Positions 20,160-31,735 are shown, counted from the first letter of the stretch. The stretch: DNA of 64,000 nucleotides from Nanobdellati archaeon (GCA_019429125.1 JAHYJO010000004.1:156-64155), one strand, 5' to 3'. Numbers and translations are program-made. Notes: generated from the letters alone by a model not told the origin.

Positions 20160-22439
20160 ATGGATAAAAAAAATGTTAAAGATGTTAAAGAGATTGAAGT
20201 CCGTGTCGGTGAGATGCCGTCAAATGCGCAAAGGGATATAGGTATGGGTATTGTCAGGATAGATACGCAGATACTTCACAATTTAGGTCTCCGTGAGGGT
20301 GATGTCTGCGAGGTTGAGGGTAAAAGAAAGACTGGTGCCATTGCTTTGAGACCATATCCCTCTGATGCAGGACTTAAGATTATTAGGATGGATGGGTATA
20401 CAAGACGCAATGCAGGGACAGGTATTGGGGAAAAAGTATTTGTGCGTAATGCTGAATTGAAAGAAGCAAAAAGCATATCTATCGCGCCTGCTGAGAAAGG
20501 CATTGAGATGAAAATGGCATATGAACAGGCAAAAAGTCTTATATTGGGTCGTGTGGTCTCAAAGGGTGATGTTATTTCTCCGTCTATAAGGACAAGACGG
20601 CAACCGGATTTCGGTGATGTTTTCGGTATGGGTATCGATGTGAATAATATGCTTGGCGGTTTTGGATTGTCTGATCTTAAATTGATTGTTGCAGAATCCA
20701 GCCCTAAAGGTATAGTCAAAGTTACAGACCAGACTGAGGTCAAAGTTATTTCAAAAGCAGTTGAGGTTACAGATGAAAGTACGGTCAGCATGACTTATGA
20801 GGATATTGGTGGACTTCATGAAGAGGTTAAGAAAGTGCGTGAGATGATTGAGCTTCCTATGAAACATCCTGAACTGTTCCAGAAACTAGGCATTGATCCG
20901 CCTAAAGGTGTCCTTCTTTATGGACCTCCTGGAACAGGTAAAACACTTCTGGCACGGGCAGTGGCATCAGAATCTGGAGCCAGTTTTTATTCTATTGCAG
21001 GACCTGAAGTTATGAGCAAATTTTATGGTGAGAGTGAAGAGAACGTAAGAAAGATATTCAATGATGCGGAAGATAATGCGCCGTCAATTATATTTATTGA
21101 TGAGATTGATTCTCTTGCACCTAAACGTGAAAATAGCGGTGAGGTTGAAAGGCGTGTGGTTGCACAACTTTTGTCTCTTATGGACGGTCTTAAAGGTCGT
21201 GGTCAGGTTATTGTGATTGCAGCAACCAATTTAATTAATTCTATTGATCCTGCGCTTCGTCGCGGGGGTCGGTTTGACCGTGAAATCGAGATTGGTGTTC
21301 CAACAAGAGATGGAAGAAAAGAGATACTTTTGATTCATACAAGAAATATGCCACTTGCTAAAGATGTAAACATATCAAAGATTGCAGATGTGACTTACGG
21401 GTATGTGGGTGCGGACCTTAATGCTCTTTCCAAAGAGGCAGCCATGAGTTCATTAAGGAGAATACTGCCTGAAATCAACCTTAAAGAAGATATAATTGAT
21501 CCTAAAGTGATTGAAAAATTGGAAGTTAACAAATTTGATTTTAATAATGCGCTTCTTTCTGTAGAACCGTCTGCTATGCGTGAAGTCATGGTTGAGATAC
21601 CTAAAGTGCAGTGGGATGAAGTAGGTGGGCTTTCAGATGTCAAGAAAAGACTTATTGAAAGTATTGAGTGGCCACTCAAGTATCCTGAATCCTTTAAGAC
21701 TATGGGAGTAAGACCACCTCGAGGCATTCTGCTTTATGGTTTGCCAGGGACAGGTAAGACACTTCTTGCAAAGGCTGTGGCCAACAAGAGCAATATTAAT
21801 TTTATTTCAGTAAAAGGGCCAGAAGTGTTCAATAAGTATGTTGGGGAGAGCGAGAAAACAATCCGCGAAATATTTAAGCGAGCAAGGCAGGTCGCACCGT
21901 CAATCATATTTATTGATGAAATTGATGCAATTGCACCTAAACGTGGACATGATGCGGATTCAGGTGTGTCTGACCGTGTAGTCAATCAGCTTCTGACTGA
22001 GATGGATGGGCTTGAAGGTCTAAACGGCGTTGTGGTCATTGCGGCTACTAACAGACCTGACATTATTGATACGGGAATATTGCGCCCTGGTAGGTTTGAT
22101 AGGCATATATATATTCCTGTGCCTGATAAGGAATCGCGCAAAAAGATATTTGAGGTATACTTGTCTAAAATGCCTATTGATAAGGATGTCAAGATAACTG
22201 AGCTTGTCTCAAAGAGCGAGAATTATGTCGGCGCTGACATTGAATCAATTTGTAGGGAAGCTGCGTTGATTGCGCTTCGTAAAGACATAAAGTCTAAAAT
22301 TATCACAAAAGATGATTTTGATAAAGCTTTTGAGAAACTTAAGCCGACAGTTACTAAGAAAGAGATAGATTCTTACAATAAGAAAGTTAATGAATCTAAA
22401 ATTTCCAAAGAGGAAGTATCACCAGATTATCTTGGTTGA
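20160..22439 (+). CDS. cdc48: CDC48/VCP-like AAA ATPase (two AAA domains)
   Basis: N-domain followed by two Walker A motifs (GPPGTGKT and GLPGTGKT), both with second-region-of-homology motifs. Confidence 0.9.
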   Translation: MDKKNVKDVKEIEVRVGEMPSNAQRDIGMGIVRIDTQILHNLGLREGDVCEVEGKRKTGAIALRPYPSDAGLKIIRMDGYTRRNAGTGIGEKVFVRNAELKEAKSISIAPAEKGIEMKMAYEQAKSLILGRVVSKGDVISPSIRTRRQPDFGDVFGMGIDVNNMLGGFGLSDLKLIVAESSPKGIVKVTDQTEVKVISKAVEVTDESTVSMTYEDIGGLHEEVKKVREMIELPMKHPELFQKLGIDPPKGVLLYGPPGTGKTLLARAVASESGASFYSIAGPEVMSKFYGESEENVRKIFNDAEDNAPSIIFIDEIDSLAPKRENSGEVERRVVAQLLSLMDGLKGRGQVIVIAATNLINSIDPALRRGGRFDREIEIGVPTRDGRKEILLIHTRNMPLAKDVNISKIADVTYGYVGADLNALSKEAAMSSLRRILPEINLKEDIIDPKVIEKLEVNKFDFNNALLSVEPSAMREVMVEIPKVQWDEVGGLSDVKKRLIESIEWPLKYPESFKTMGVRPPRGILLYGLPGTGKTLLAKAVANKSNINFISVKGPEVFNKYVGESEKTIREIFKRARQVAPSIIFIDEIDAIAPKRGHDADSGVSDRVVNQLLTEMDGLEGLNGVVVIAATNRPDIIDTGILRPGRFDRHIYIPVPDKESRKKIFEVYLSKMPIDKDVKITELVSKSENYVGADIESICREAALIALRKDIKSKIITKDDFDKAFEKLKPTVTKKEIDSYNKKVNESKISKEEVSPDYLG

Positions 22440-22515
22440 TTTTTTTTCTTTTTTCGTATTTGTTTAATATCTATTTTTTATTTTAGGAGGATTTATAAAT
22501 TTTAGAGTTTATATA

Positions 22516-22902
22516 TTGATCAGTGATGATTTTATGGGTGTCGCTCGATTGGATGCAGATATTGAAAAGTTTGTCAGGTTGTCAGAAGAAGGTAATGTTT
22601 TTGTTATGTTACCAGAAAAACCAAATTATGATAAATTAGCACCGGGGGCTATAGGTAGGATACAGTATCATGATGTAAGGTCTAATATACAATCTAATTA
22701 TGGTACATTGTTTATAAAATCTGTAACAGATTGTGATGGTAAAGTTTTTGAACCTGAAGATTATACGTTTTTAGGAGCTAAAGCGATAAAATTAGGGTTT
22801 GTCGAAAAAAATGAGAATTCTAAAGTTTATGGCGAAATTATTCTGGGAACTGAAAAAGTACAGTCTCTTGATAATTTGAAATTGTTAATTGAATTTATGT
22901 GA
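22516..22902 (+). CDS. Hypothetical protein
   Basis: 128 aa ORF. Confidence 0.3.
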   Translation: MISDDFMGVARLDADIEKFVRLSEEGNVFVMLPEKPNYDKLAPGAIGRIQYHDVRSNIQSNYGTLFIKSVTDCDGKVFEPEDYTFLGAKAIKLGFVEKNENSKVYGEIILGTEKVQSLDNLKLLIEFM

Positions 22903-22943
22903 TTGATGAATTGTTTTTTATGTCTTCTTAACTAAAATATTGT

Positions 22944-24032
22944 ATGGCTCAGGTTTATGTTTCAAAATGTACGAATTATCAGTCTGCAGATGTAGATGTA
23001 GCTGTCAGTTATTGCATGAATGCATTTGTTAAAGGGATTAAGAGGGGGTCGTCAGTACTTCTTAAACCAAATATACTTATAGGTAGGTCTGTTTCAGAGG
23101 CAGTTACTACAAATCCTGAACTTGTAAGGGCTGTTGCTAGATTATTGAAGACTAAAGATTGTAAGATTGATTTAGGGGATAGTCCTGCATTTGGTAATGT
23201 CAAAAAAGCGTTGAAGACTTGCGGGATTCTTGATGTATGTGAGGAAGAAGGGATTTCGGTTGTTGAATTTGATGAGGCTTCAGAGATTGAGACTGTGATG
23301 GGTCATATTTCAGTATACAAAGGACTTTCAGATTATGATTATATCATCAATATGCCTAAAGCTAAGACTCATGCGCTGACTGGGTTTACGGGGGCGGAGA
23401 AAAATCTTTTTGGGGTTGTTTGCGGGACCAAGAAAAGTAAGTATCACCTTAAATATTCTGGTAAATATGCGTTTTCAAGGATGATAGTAGCTTTAGCTGG
23501 AGCTGTCAAGCCGTCTTTTAATATTATGGATTGTGTTGTCGGTATGGAAGGTAATGGTCCTAGTGCAGGGTCACCACGAGATATTGGGTTTATTGCCGCG
23601 TCTGAGAGCGCACCTCTTCTTGATCTTTTTGTCTCTGATTGCTTAGGATTCAAGTATGATGAGGTTATTACTTTAGATATTGAACACAAAGAGAATGATT
23701 TTGATGTTAATATTCATAACTGGACAATATTGTCTAATGTTGAACCTAGTAAATTAAAAGTCAAGGATTTCAAGAAAACGGGAAAGACTAAGTTTGGCTG
23801 GATTACTTCTGTCTTGACAAAATATGTGTCGTCGCGACCTGTGATAACTGCAAAGTGTATTGATTGTAAAAGATGTGTTGAAAACTGTCCGATTGAGGCT
23901 ATTTGTGATGGTTCTGTTCGGCCTGTTATTGATTATAAGAAGTGTATAAGATGTTATTGTTGCAGTGAAATATGTCCGTCTAAAGCGATTGATGTTAAAA
24001 AGACTTTGTTTGGTAAATTGTTTGGGTTTTGA
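22944..24032 (+). CDS. DUF362-family protein fused to a 2x[4Fe-4S] ferredoxin domain
   Basis: The C-terminus has CIDCKRCVENCP and CIRCYCCSEICP. Confidence 0.6.
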   Translation: MAQVYVSKCTNYQSADVDVAVSYCMNAFVKGIKRGSSVLLKPNILIGRSVSEAVTTNPELVRAVARLLKTKDCKIDLGDSPAFGNVKKALKTCGILDVCEEEGISVVEFDEASEIETVMGHISVYKGLSDYDYIINMPKAKTHALTGFTGAEKNLFGVVCGTKKSKYHLKYSGKYAFSRMIVALAGAVKPSFNIMDCVVGMEGNGPSAGSPRDIGFIAASESAPLLDLFVSDCLGFKYDEVITLDIEHKENDFDVNIHNWTILSNVEPSKLKVKDFKKTGKTKFGWITSVLTKYVSSRPVITAKCIDCKRCVENCPIEAICDGSVRPVIDYKKCIRCYCCSEICPSKAIDVKKTLFGKLFGF

Positions 24033-24124
24033 AATATTTAATCCTTGTAAAAATAAAATCTAGTGGCATATCGGCACGGCACATATAGCTAAAATATATA
24101 TAATCAGTTTAACCTTAGATAATT

Positions 24125-25069
24125 ATGAAAACAGTAGATTTATTTGTGGGGGTTGGGGGAATAAGAATTGGATTTGAAAATGCAGGTTTTGAAACTGTTT
24201 TTTCAAATGATTTTGAACCTGCTTGTAAAGATACTTATGATTTAAATTTTGTTGATTCTCCATTAATAATTAAGGATATTAATCAAGTTGATAATGCTTC
24301 TATTCCAGATTTTGATATTTTGTTAGGTGGATTTCCATGCTAACCTTTTAGTATTGCTGGTTGTAGACAGGGTTTTAAAGATACTAAAGGGAGGGGCAAT
24401 TTATTTTTTAGAATTGCTGAAATAATTGAACTGAAAAAACCGCAAGTAGTATTTCTTGAAAATGTTAAAAATTTAAAAACACATGATAATGGAAATACTT
24501 TCAAAGTTATTAAAAAAACATTAGAATATTTAGGGTATACAGTTAAATCTCAAATAGTAAATACTATGTTACATGGTAACTTACTACAAAATAGAGAAAG
24601 AATTTTAATTGTGGGTTTTTTATCGGAGAATGTTGCAAATAATTTTTCATTCCCTAATAAAATCAAATTGGTTAAAGAAATTAAAGATTTGTTGGATACA
24701 GATGTTGATGATAAATATTATTATGAGGGAAAACCCCTTTATGACAAGTTAAAAAATGATATTAAAAAGAAAAATACTGCATATCAATGGAGAAGAAGGT
24801 ATGTAAGGGAAAATAAATCTGGTGTTGTTCCAACTTTAACTGCAAATATGGGAACTGGTGGATATAATGTTCCAATAATTTTAGATGATAAAGGTATTAT
24901 AAAATTAACTCCAAGAGAATGTTTCGTTTTTCAAGGTTTTCCTAAAACCTATAAATTGCCAAAAATTGCAGATTCTAAATTATATAAACAAGCAGGTAAT
25001 AGTGTTTCAGTAACAGTTATTGAAAGAGTTGCTAAAAATATAAAAAAGGCGTTAGAAAATGACAACTGA
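24125..25069 (+). pseudogene. DNA (cytosine-5)-methyltransferase interrupted by an in-frame TAA (24341-24343) at the Gln of the catalytic PCQ motif
   Basis: Motif I FVGVGGIRIGFENAGFE, motif IV GGFPC*PFSIAG, motif VI ENV and motif VIII QNRERI are all in one frame around a single TAA. Confidence 0.8.
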
Positions 25070-26195
25070 ACAAGAATCAGAATATTACCGAAAAATATTG
25101 GGCATATTAGGATCATTAACTAATTTATTTTAGGAAAGTAAAGTTCCTTATCTTAATTATAGAATTACGGAAAATTTATTTTGTAAAGCATTTACTGCAA
25201 ACGATTTTTCTCGTTCAGATGTATCTGTTGATACTTCTTTAAATAATGTTGGAATTGGAATTAAAACATTCGTAAATGGAAATGGTAAATCATTACAAAA
25301 AATTGCAGAATTTAATAAAGAAAATATTCAATTTAGGGGATTAAATCCAAAAAAATTAATTGAAAAAGTAACAGACTTAAGAAATAAACGTGTTGAAACC
25401 ACTAAACGAATTTATGGATTAAAATCAATGATTTATCATTGTATTGTAAGATATACGGGAAAAATAAAAACTTTTGAATGTGATATGAATTTAATTGATA
25501 AATCGTCAATTAAATTATTAAAAACTACACCTAATATAATTTCATTCAAAGATTCTATAAATGAATATTCATTTAATATAACTAAAAGCACATTGTATAA
25601 GCGATTCATAACACAAGATGTTATTTTTGAAATTGATGTGAAAATATTAGAGGATCCTTTTGAAGTTTTAGAAGAAAAATTCCTAACTGTAAGTGATATA
25701 TATTATAAAAAAACAATTTCAGAAAAACCATTTGTTATTCTGCCCTTATATTCTCCAAAGAGTAAAGAAGTTTAGCCAAAAAGTGGATTAAATCAATGGA
25801 ATGCTAAAGGAAGAAAAAATAAACAAAATAAAATCACCCCTAGGGATGTAAATGAAATTTATATTCCTATACCTATATGGATTCACAAAACATTCCCTGA
25901 GTTCTTTTTATCTAGGGATACGTCTTTTAATTTAATTTTTCCAGATGGAACAATGTTAGAAGCTAAAGTCTGTCAGGATTGTTCTAAAGCATTAATGAGC
26001 AAACATAATGCTGATTTAGGAAAATGGTTATTGCGAAAAGTATTAAATTTGAAAGAAAAAGAATTGTTAACTTATGAAAAGTTACAGGAAATAGGGTTAG
26101 ATTCTGTCGTTATTGAACGAATTGATCAAAAAACGTATTCTATTGATTTTAGACCAATAAGAACCTATGATACATTTTATGATGAAAATAATTAA
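25059..26195 (+). pseudogene. Candidate cognate restriction endonuclease, overlapping the MTase stop by 11 nt, with two in-frame TAG codons (25131-25133 and 25773-25775)
   Basis: A single frame is open from 25059 to 26195 except for the two TAGs. The position directly downstream of the MTase is typical for an R gene. There is no recognisable nuclease motif. Confidence 0.45.
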
Positions 26196-26226
26196 ATCTT
26201 ATTTTTGATAAATTAAAAGAAAATAA

Positions 26227-26299
26227 TAGTCCCGCCAGGATTCGAACCTGGGTACCCGGTTCCAAAGACCGGAATGATTGGCCACTACACCACGGGACT
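26227..26299 (-). tRNA. tRNA-Gln (anticodon UUG)
   Basis: The manual cloverleaf gives a 7 bp acceptor stem AGTCCCG/CGGGACT, anticodon stem CCGGT/ACCGG with loop CTTTGGA, T-arm CAGGTTCGAATCCTG and discriminator A. Confidence 0.85.
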
Positions 26300-26355
26300 G
26301 TATATTATATACTAAATGGATGTAGTAATTATTAAAAAGATATTGATTGTTTTGG

Positions 26356-26979
26356 TTATTCTTCTGGATGAATATACTGATATTCTCTTTGTGTTCTGTT
26401 ACCTCTTCTTTCAAGAAGACCTTGTATATACATACGAGATAAGTATGTAGATATTGTTGATAATTTAATCGTTTCCATATTTTGGTCTTTTTCTATAGAG
26501 TTATAAAGATCCCTACAAGTGATCCAACCAGTATAACCTGTAGCAATATAATTCTCTAAAATTTCGCTTATTGTTGGATTTGATGAATCTATAGTTAATT
26601 TGATATTGTTGTCAGGTGTGTGTGGTGTATTGCTTTCTGAAGTTTTGCCTAATCTCAAACCTTGATATATTTTTTCACAATCTGTGTCTGTTATATCTGT
26701 TGCACTGTAGGATATGTCTGTTTTATGTGAGTTATTTAATAAAAAGGAAATAAAATCGTTATTTAGTTTTGTTAAATAAGGACTTTCTGAGGCGATTACA
26801 AATTTTACTGAATAGTTATCGTTGTTTGATGGACCTTCTTGATATATTATTTCGTCTTTTGGAATCGTATCAATTATATTTTTAAACAGGTTATAGATTT
26901 CATCTGATAAAATTAGATTAGTTGGACCTTCTAATTTAAATTCTTTATATGTATCAGTCATAAGTATCACAAGTGTCAC
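26356..26979 (-). CDS. Hypothetical protein with a C-terminal wHTH-like segment
   Basis: Last gene of the SWIM-HD operon, which reads toward the tRNA. Confidence 0.35.
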   Translation of the reverse strand: MTLVILMTDTYKEFKLEGPTNLILSDEIYNLFKNIIDTIPKDEIIYQEGPSNNDNYSVKFVIASESPYLTKLNNDFISFLLNNSHKTDISYSATDITDTDCEKIYQGLRLGKTSESNTPHTPDNNIKLTIDSSNPTISEILENYIATGYTGWITCRDLYNSIEKDQNMETIKLSTISTYLSRMYIQGLLERRGNRTQREYQYIHPEE

Positions 26980-27043
26980 TACTACAAAGGTATATCTTTA
27001 TAAATGTTATTGTCTTTGTTGTGATTTTTAAAATGTTTTAAAA

Positions 27044-28243
27044 TCAGTTCAAATGTCTTAAGAACAGGCTTTTTGCGTTTTCTTTTACTTTTTGTCTGTA
27101 TTTAGTTGGGCAAATGAAGGATATTCGCCAGTCTTGCCAGCGTTGGCGCATCAAAGACCGTGAGAGAGCAGATATATCTTTTAGCTTTACTATCTCGCCA
27201 TTGTCTTTTTTTATGTTTATATGCTCTATCCCTTTAGGCTGGTTCATTATGTCTATTATGAGATAGCCTTCTGGAATTTCAAGTTTGTTTGCAATTATGT
27301 TTTCAATTCTTTTTAGTTGGTTTATGTTGTCTTTTATTTCAAGACATTTTGATACATGTTCTGTGCTTAGGTCATTTTTTGTGATTATGCATGCGGTCTT
27401 GAAGATGTGTCTTTGGTCTATCCTATCTATTATGTCTTTTGTGTAACAATCCTGCTGTCGTAATGTGCTCAAGAAGTCCACTTCGTCAATTTTTAATAGT
27501 TTGGTTATGTTTAATGAGCGTCTGTCCATGGCGTCAAGTGCGCGGAAAAGCATTCGTTCTGCTGCTCTTTTTGTAGGATAGTCATATACTGCTGAAAACA
27601 TCATGAACCGGGCGAGTATAACTGATTCAACAGTTCTTAGTCCTTTTTCTTGAAAGGCGAATGTGTCATTTTCAATTGTTGCAATGTGCATCAATCGGCT
27701 TAGGTCTATTACACCATAGGCTACGCCTGTAAAATATGAGTCTCTTGTGAGATAATCTAATTTGTCAATATCAACACCAGATGACAGGATTTTTCCGTAT
27801 TTTCCTTTGCCTATTATCATATCTTGGACTGCATTTTTGTTTATATTATGTTTTTCAAAAAGTTCTGAGAAATTGTTATCTATTATGTTTATTGCATTTG
27901 TTTCGTGAAGGTGGTTTTCACCGTTTGAAATAACAGATTCTAGTGTGTGTGAAAATGGAAGGTGACCTATGTCGTGTAAGAGTCCGGCTATACGGATTAG
28001 TTTTGTGTCTTCAGGGGTGAGTCCTAAAACGTGACTTATTTTTCCTGCAAGGTGCATGACACCTAGTGAATGTTCGTATCGGGTGTGGTTTGCTGAGGGG
28101 TATACAAGATCTGAGAGACCTAGTTGGCCAATATTTCTAAGTCTTTGGAAATGGAGGGAATCAATAATTTTTATTTCAAGTTCAGAACATTCTATGTCGC
28201 CATGGACTGCGTCTTTTATGATTTTCACTTTTATTAGTATCAC
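27044..28243 (-). CDS. HD-domain phosphohydrolase (dNTP triphosphohydrolase-like)
   Basis: HD motif elements YEHSLGVMHLAG and HDIGHLPFSH, with D..D further downstream. Confidence 0.75.
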   Translation of the reverse strand: MILIKVKIIKDAVHGDIECSELEIKIIDSLHFQRLRNIGQLGLSDLVYPSANHTRYEHSLGVMHLAGKISHVLGLTPEDTKLIRIAGLLHDIGHLPFSHTLESVISNGENHLHETNAINIIDNNFSELFEKHNINKNAVQDMIIGKGKYGKILSSGVDIDKLDYLTRDSYFTGVAYGVIDLSRLMHIATIENDTFAFQEKGLRTVESVILARFMMFSAVYDYPTKRAAERMLFRALDAMDRRSLNITKLLKIDEVDFLSTLRQQDCYTKDIIDRIDQRHIFKTACIITKNDLSTEHVSKCLEIKDNINQLKRIENIIANKLEIPEGYLIIDIMNQPKGIEHINIKKDNGEIVKLKDISALSRSLMRQRWQDWRISFICPTKYRQKVKENAKSLFLRHLN

Positions 28244-28304
28244 CTAGTTGAATTCTATTTTGTTTTCAAGGTTTTTAAAAGTAGGTTTTTTTGATTTGTT
28301 TAAA

Positions 28305-29345
28305 TTATGTTGTAATATCTTTGTATGCTGTGTGTAGTCTTTGTGCATATATCGGGTCGGTTGTGAATAATGTTGTTATGTCATTTATTTTGTAATCTAT
28401 ATATGCGCGCAGGATGGTGTCTTTTGAGGTGTCGGTTCTTTTACTTTCGGGGTATATCAGGTTGTCTAGTTTTTCGTTTAAATGGAATGCGCTCAATTTT
28501 GGGAAAGGGAATGTTTCAGGTAGCCTGTCGCTGTGGCAGGCAAGTTCGTACATTGCATAGAAAATGTGTTTGCATATTCTGTTTCGGTTTTCTGTTGATC
28601 TTTTTTTGTGGTCAGGGCAGGTGCAGTCGCCTATGAAATGTTGTAGTATCGGTTGTTTGCCTTTTATGTATTCAATTGTTGTTGTGTAAGTTTTTTCGGG
28701 ATTGCTGTCTGCGGGAACTTCTGCAAACCATACATTAATATCTATATTTTCAAATTCAAGATGGTTGCCGTTTGTGTGTTCAGTGTAAAATTTTGCTCCG
28801 CTTTTTATTGCTGTTACATAATCCCAGAGGTTATAGGTGGCCTCATGCTTTGTCCATGGTGACCAGTCCTGTTTTAGTGCGTCGTATCTAAATCGGGGTT
28901 CAAATTGTATGTCTTGGTCTACTTTTCTTTTTTTTACGCGATTCATGAATTCTTTTCGTTTGTGTAAGGAATATGGATATATTGGTTTCATAAGATTTGA
29001 TTTTTTTGCCTGGAAATCATTAAGGGATATTTCCCAGAAGTTGCCGTATATGTTCCAGTCTGTCTCGTCTGAATAGTTTATGTGTTCTGTGTCGGTTTGT
29101 GGGTTACCGTGATGTTTGTAGGACAATACTTCAGCTGGATGTTTGGGCAAAAGGACGCAATTTTCAAGGTTTAAGGTGTGCGTGTTGCCTGTTTTTACGA
29201 ATTCTTGAATTATGTGTTTGAAAGTGGATTTGGGTGGTATTGTATGGATTTGGTCTTTGAATTGTTTTTTTATTTGGCTGGTTTTTAATGGGGTGTATTT
29301 TGTCTTTTTTGACCAGGGCTTTTTTTGTTTGGGCATAAAAATCAC
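28305..29345 (-). CDS. SWIM zinc-finger protein
   Basis: CxCxnCxH signature GDCTCPDHKKRSTENRNRICKHIFYAM near the C-terminus. Confidence 0.55.
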   Translation of the reverse strand: MIFMPKQKKPWSKKTKYTPLKTSQIKKQFKDQIHTIPPKSTFKHIIQEFVKTGNTHTLNLENCVLLPKHPAEVLSYKHHGNPQTDTEHINYSDETDWNIYGNFWEISLNDFQAKKSNLMKPIYPYSLHKRKEFMNRVKKRKVDQDIQFEPRFRYDALKQDWSPWTKHEATYNLWDYVTAIKSGAKFYTEHTNGNHLEFENIDINVWFAEVPADSNPEKTYTTTIEYIKGKQPILQHFIGDCTCPDHKKRSTENRNRICKHIFYAMYELACHSDRLPETFPFPKLSAFHLNEKLDNLIYPESKRTDTSKDTILRAYIDYKINDITTLFTTDPIYAQRLHTAYKDITT

Positions 29346-29597
29346 AGTAATTACATATTCAGTACATATTGGGTGTTTAATTTTAAACAGGTTTGGATTT
29401 TTTTGACATTTAATAAAAATACTTTTAAACTTTTAGTGTCTATTATATTGATAGGTGCGGTACTTATGGGTGAATGTCTTACACTACAATAAATTTATAA
29501 TACACACACATTTATTAAACTCTTATTCTGAAATTAAATATAAAGATAGACATTTAACATTAAAATATAATTTTTACTTAAATTGGAGGCTTTTGAA

Positions 29598-31457
29598 ATG
29601 AAGACAATACTGTTGCACTCGGACTTTATTGAGTTTGAGGCAAAAAAGAAAGCAGTCAAGAACCCTGAAGAGATTGATGTCAAGAAACATCGGGTTGAAG
29701 ATTGCCTGGTCGCTATGTCGGCTGTAGAGAAAAATGATGAGACTAACACTACAGGTATTGCTGAAAAGTTTGCTGAGGAAGTAATGTCTGTCGCTGAACA
29801 GGTCAAAACTAAAAATATCGTTATTTATCCATGGGTTCATCTTACTAGTGCACCGTCAAAACCGGATGTTGCGCTTAAAGTCATGAAATTGTCTGAAGTG
29901 ATGCTTGAAAAGAAAGGATATGCTGTGTCAAGGGCGCCGTTCGGGTGGTATAAGGAGTTCAATATCAAATGCAAGGGGCATCCTTTGTCTGAATTAAGTC
30001 GGGACATTGCTGTGGGTGAGGCTGTCAAGGTCGAGGAAGATAATGAGGCTGTCAAGAATGAGGACAAACTTAGGTCGACATGGCATATTTTAGATGTTGA
30101 TGGAAAGCTTGTTTCTGCGGATAAGTTTGATTATAGTAAATATCCTGAGCTTAAACAATTTTATCAGTATGAGATGAAAGGGTCTAGGATAAACCAGAAA
30201 GAACCGCCACATATTGCTATGATGCGCAGTCTTGAATTAGTTGATTATGAGCCTGGTTCGGATTCTGGTAATCTTAGGTGGTATCCCAAAGGGCAGATGA
30301 TTAAGAGACTTCTTGAGACTAAAGTTACTGATATGGTTAAAAAATCGGGTGCTATGCAGGTTGAAACTCCGCTTATGTATGATTTTGAACATCCGCAACT
30401 GAGTAAATATCTGAATAGGTTTCCGGCAAGGCAGTATGTAATTAAGTCTGATGAGAAAGAATATTTCCTTAGGTTTGCTGCATGTTTCGGGCAGTATCTT
30501 ATGGGGCATGATATGGTGATGTCATACAAACATTTACCTGTGAAACTGTATGAACTTACTCATTATTCGTTTAGACGTGAGCAGAGAGGTGAACTTTCAG
30601 GACTTAAACGGCTTCGTGCGTTTACAATGCCTGACATGCATACTATGTGCGCTGATATGCCGTCTGCAAAGAAAGAGTTTATGGAACAGTATAAACTTGC
30701 AATGGAATGGATGAGTGGTCTTGGTCTGGATTATGATATTGCTATACGGTTTGTGAAAGATTTCTATAATGAAAATGAAGAGTTTGCAAAAGATCTTGCT
30801 AAACTTGTGGGCAAACCGATACTTATTGAGTTGTGGGAAGAAAGATTCTTTTATTTCGTTATGAAATTTGAGTTTTCTGTGAATGATTCACTTGGTAAGG
30901 CATCTACATTATCGACTGTGCAGATTGATGTTGAGAATACTGAAAGGTTTGATATCACATACGTTGATGAGAATGACAAGAAAGTCAATCCTCTCTTGCT
31001 TCATGCAAGCATTTCTGGCGGGATTGACCGTAATCTGTGGGCACTTCTTGAAAGGCAGGCGATTAATGCGCAACTGGGCAAGAAATCTATGTTGCCGGTA
31101 TGGTTGTCGCCTACACAGGTGCGTATGATTCCTGTTTCTGAAGGGTTTGTGGGTCTTGCAGAAGAGATTGCTTCTAAGATTGGTGATGGTATCCGTGTGG
31201 ACATTGATGACCGTGATCTTAAGGTCGGCAAAAAGATAAGGGATGCTGAAAAAGAATGGGTGCCTTATGTGGTTGTTGTTGGTGAGAATGAGCGCGATTC
31301 AAAAGATATGCCTGTTCGTGTTCGTGTTACTGGAGGACAGGAGAATTTGTCTGTTGACACGCTGAAAGGAATGGTATCAACTGACATGGGTGATAATCCA
31401 TTTGAGATGTTACCATTGCCTAAACTTCTTTCTAAGAGACCTAAGTTTGTCGGTTAG
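29598..31457 (+). CDS. thrS: Threonyl-tRNA synthetase, archaeal type with N-terminal editing domain
   Basis: Class II core motifs. GGAGG lies 8 nt upstream of the ATG. Confidence 0.9.
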   Translation: MKTILLHSDFIEFEAKKKAVKNPEEIDVKKHRVEDCLVAMSAVEKNDETNTTGIAEKFAEEVMSVAEQVKTKNIVIYPWVHLTSAPSKPDVALKVMKLSEVMLEKKGYAVSRAPFGWYKEFNIKCKGHPLSELSRDIAVGEAVKVEEDNEAVKNEDKLRSTWHILDVDGKLVSADKFDYSKYPELKQFYQYEMKGSRINQKEPPHIAMMRSLELVDYEPGSDSGNLRWYPKGQMIKRLLETKVTDMVKKSGAMQVETPLMYDFEHPQLSKYLNRFPARQYVIKSDEKEYFLRFAACFGQYLMGHDMVMSYKHLPVKLYELTHYSFRREQRGELSGLKRLRAFTMPDMHTMCADMPSAKKEFMEQYKLAMEWMSGLGLDYDIAIRFVKDFYNENEEFAKDLAKLVGKPILIELWEERFFYFVMKFEFSVNDSLGKASTLSTVQIDVENTERFDITYVDENDKKVNPLLLHASISGGIDRNLWALLERQAINAQLGKKSMLPVWLSPTQVRMIPVSEGFVGLAEEIASKIGDGIRVDIDDRDLKVGKKIRDAEKEWVPYVVVVGENERDSKDMPVRVRVTGGQENLSVDTLKGMVSTDMGDNPFEMLPLPKLLSKRPKFVG

Positions 31458-31476
31458 ATCTTTTTTTATTTTTTTT

Positions 31477-31735
31477 GTACTTGTTTAGCTAATTTTTGTC
31501 TTGCTTAATTTTGATTTTTTAAGAGATAACTACTCTTTTTTGAAATAATTATATTTATACTTTTTTAAGTTGGGTGAAAGCTATCGATTTTATAAAAATA
31601 TAATTAAATAATTTTTAAGATTTTTTAACAACACATTTTTAAGCGTTAGCTATTGATTTTGTAACAATTATAACTTATTGAGAATCACACCATAACGGCC
31701 GGAGCATATTGATTATTTTTTTACTAAACAAGTAC
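31477..31735. mobile_element. MITE copy 1 (~259 bp; TIR GTACTTGTTTAGC ... ACTAAACAAGTAC)
   Basis: The three copies are 75-85% identical and share 13 bp terminal inverted repeats. They have no coding capacity. Confidence 0.65.

Noticed and set aside
24341-26195. Stop-codon reassignment (TAA/TAG read as Gln) or a suppressor role for the adjacent tRNA
   Set aside because: Housekeeping genes here terminate with TAA or TAG. The aminopeptidase's TAG is followed by junk-free but unrelated sequence, and thrS's TAG is followed by a hydrophobic nonsense frame. The tRNA anticodon is an ordinary UUG. The NUDIX remnant carries additional non-stop inactivating substitutions. The idea is kept only as a low-probability alternative.
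26199-26414. ORF 26199..26414 (-)
   Set aside because: It overlaps the tRNA-Gln gene, so it is spurious.
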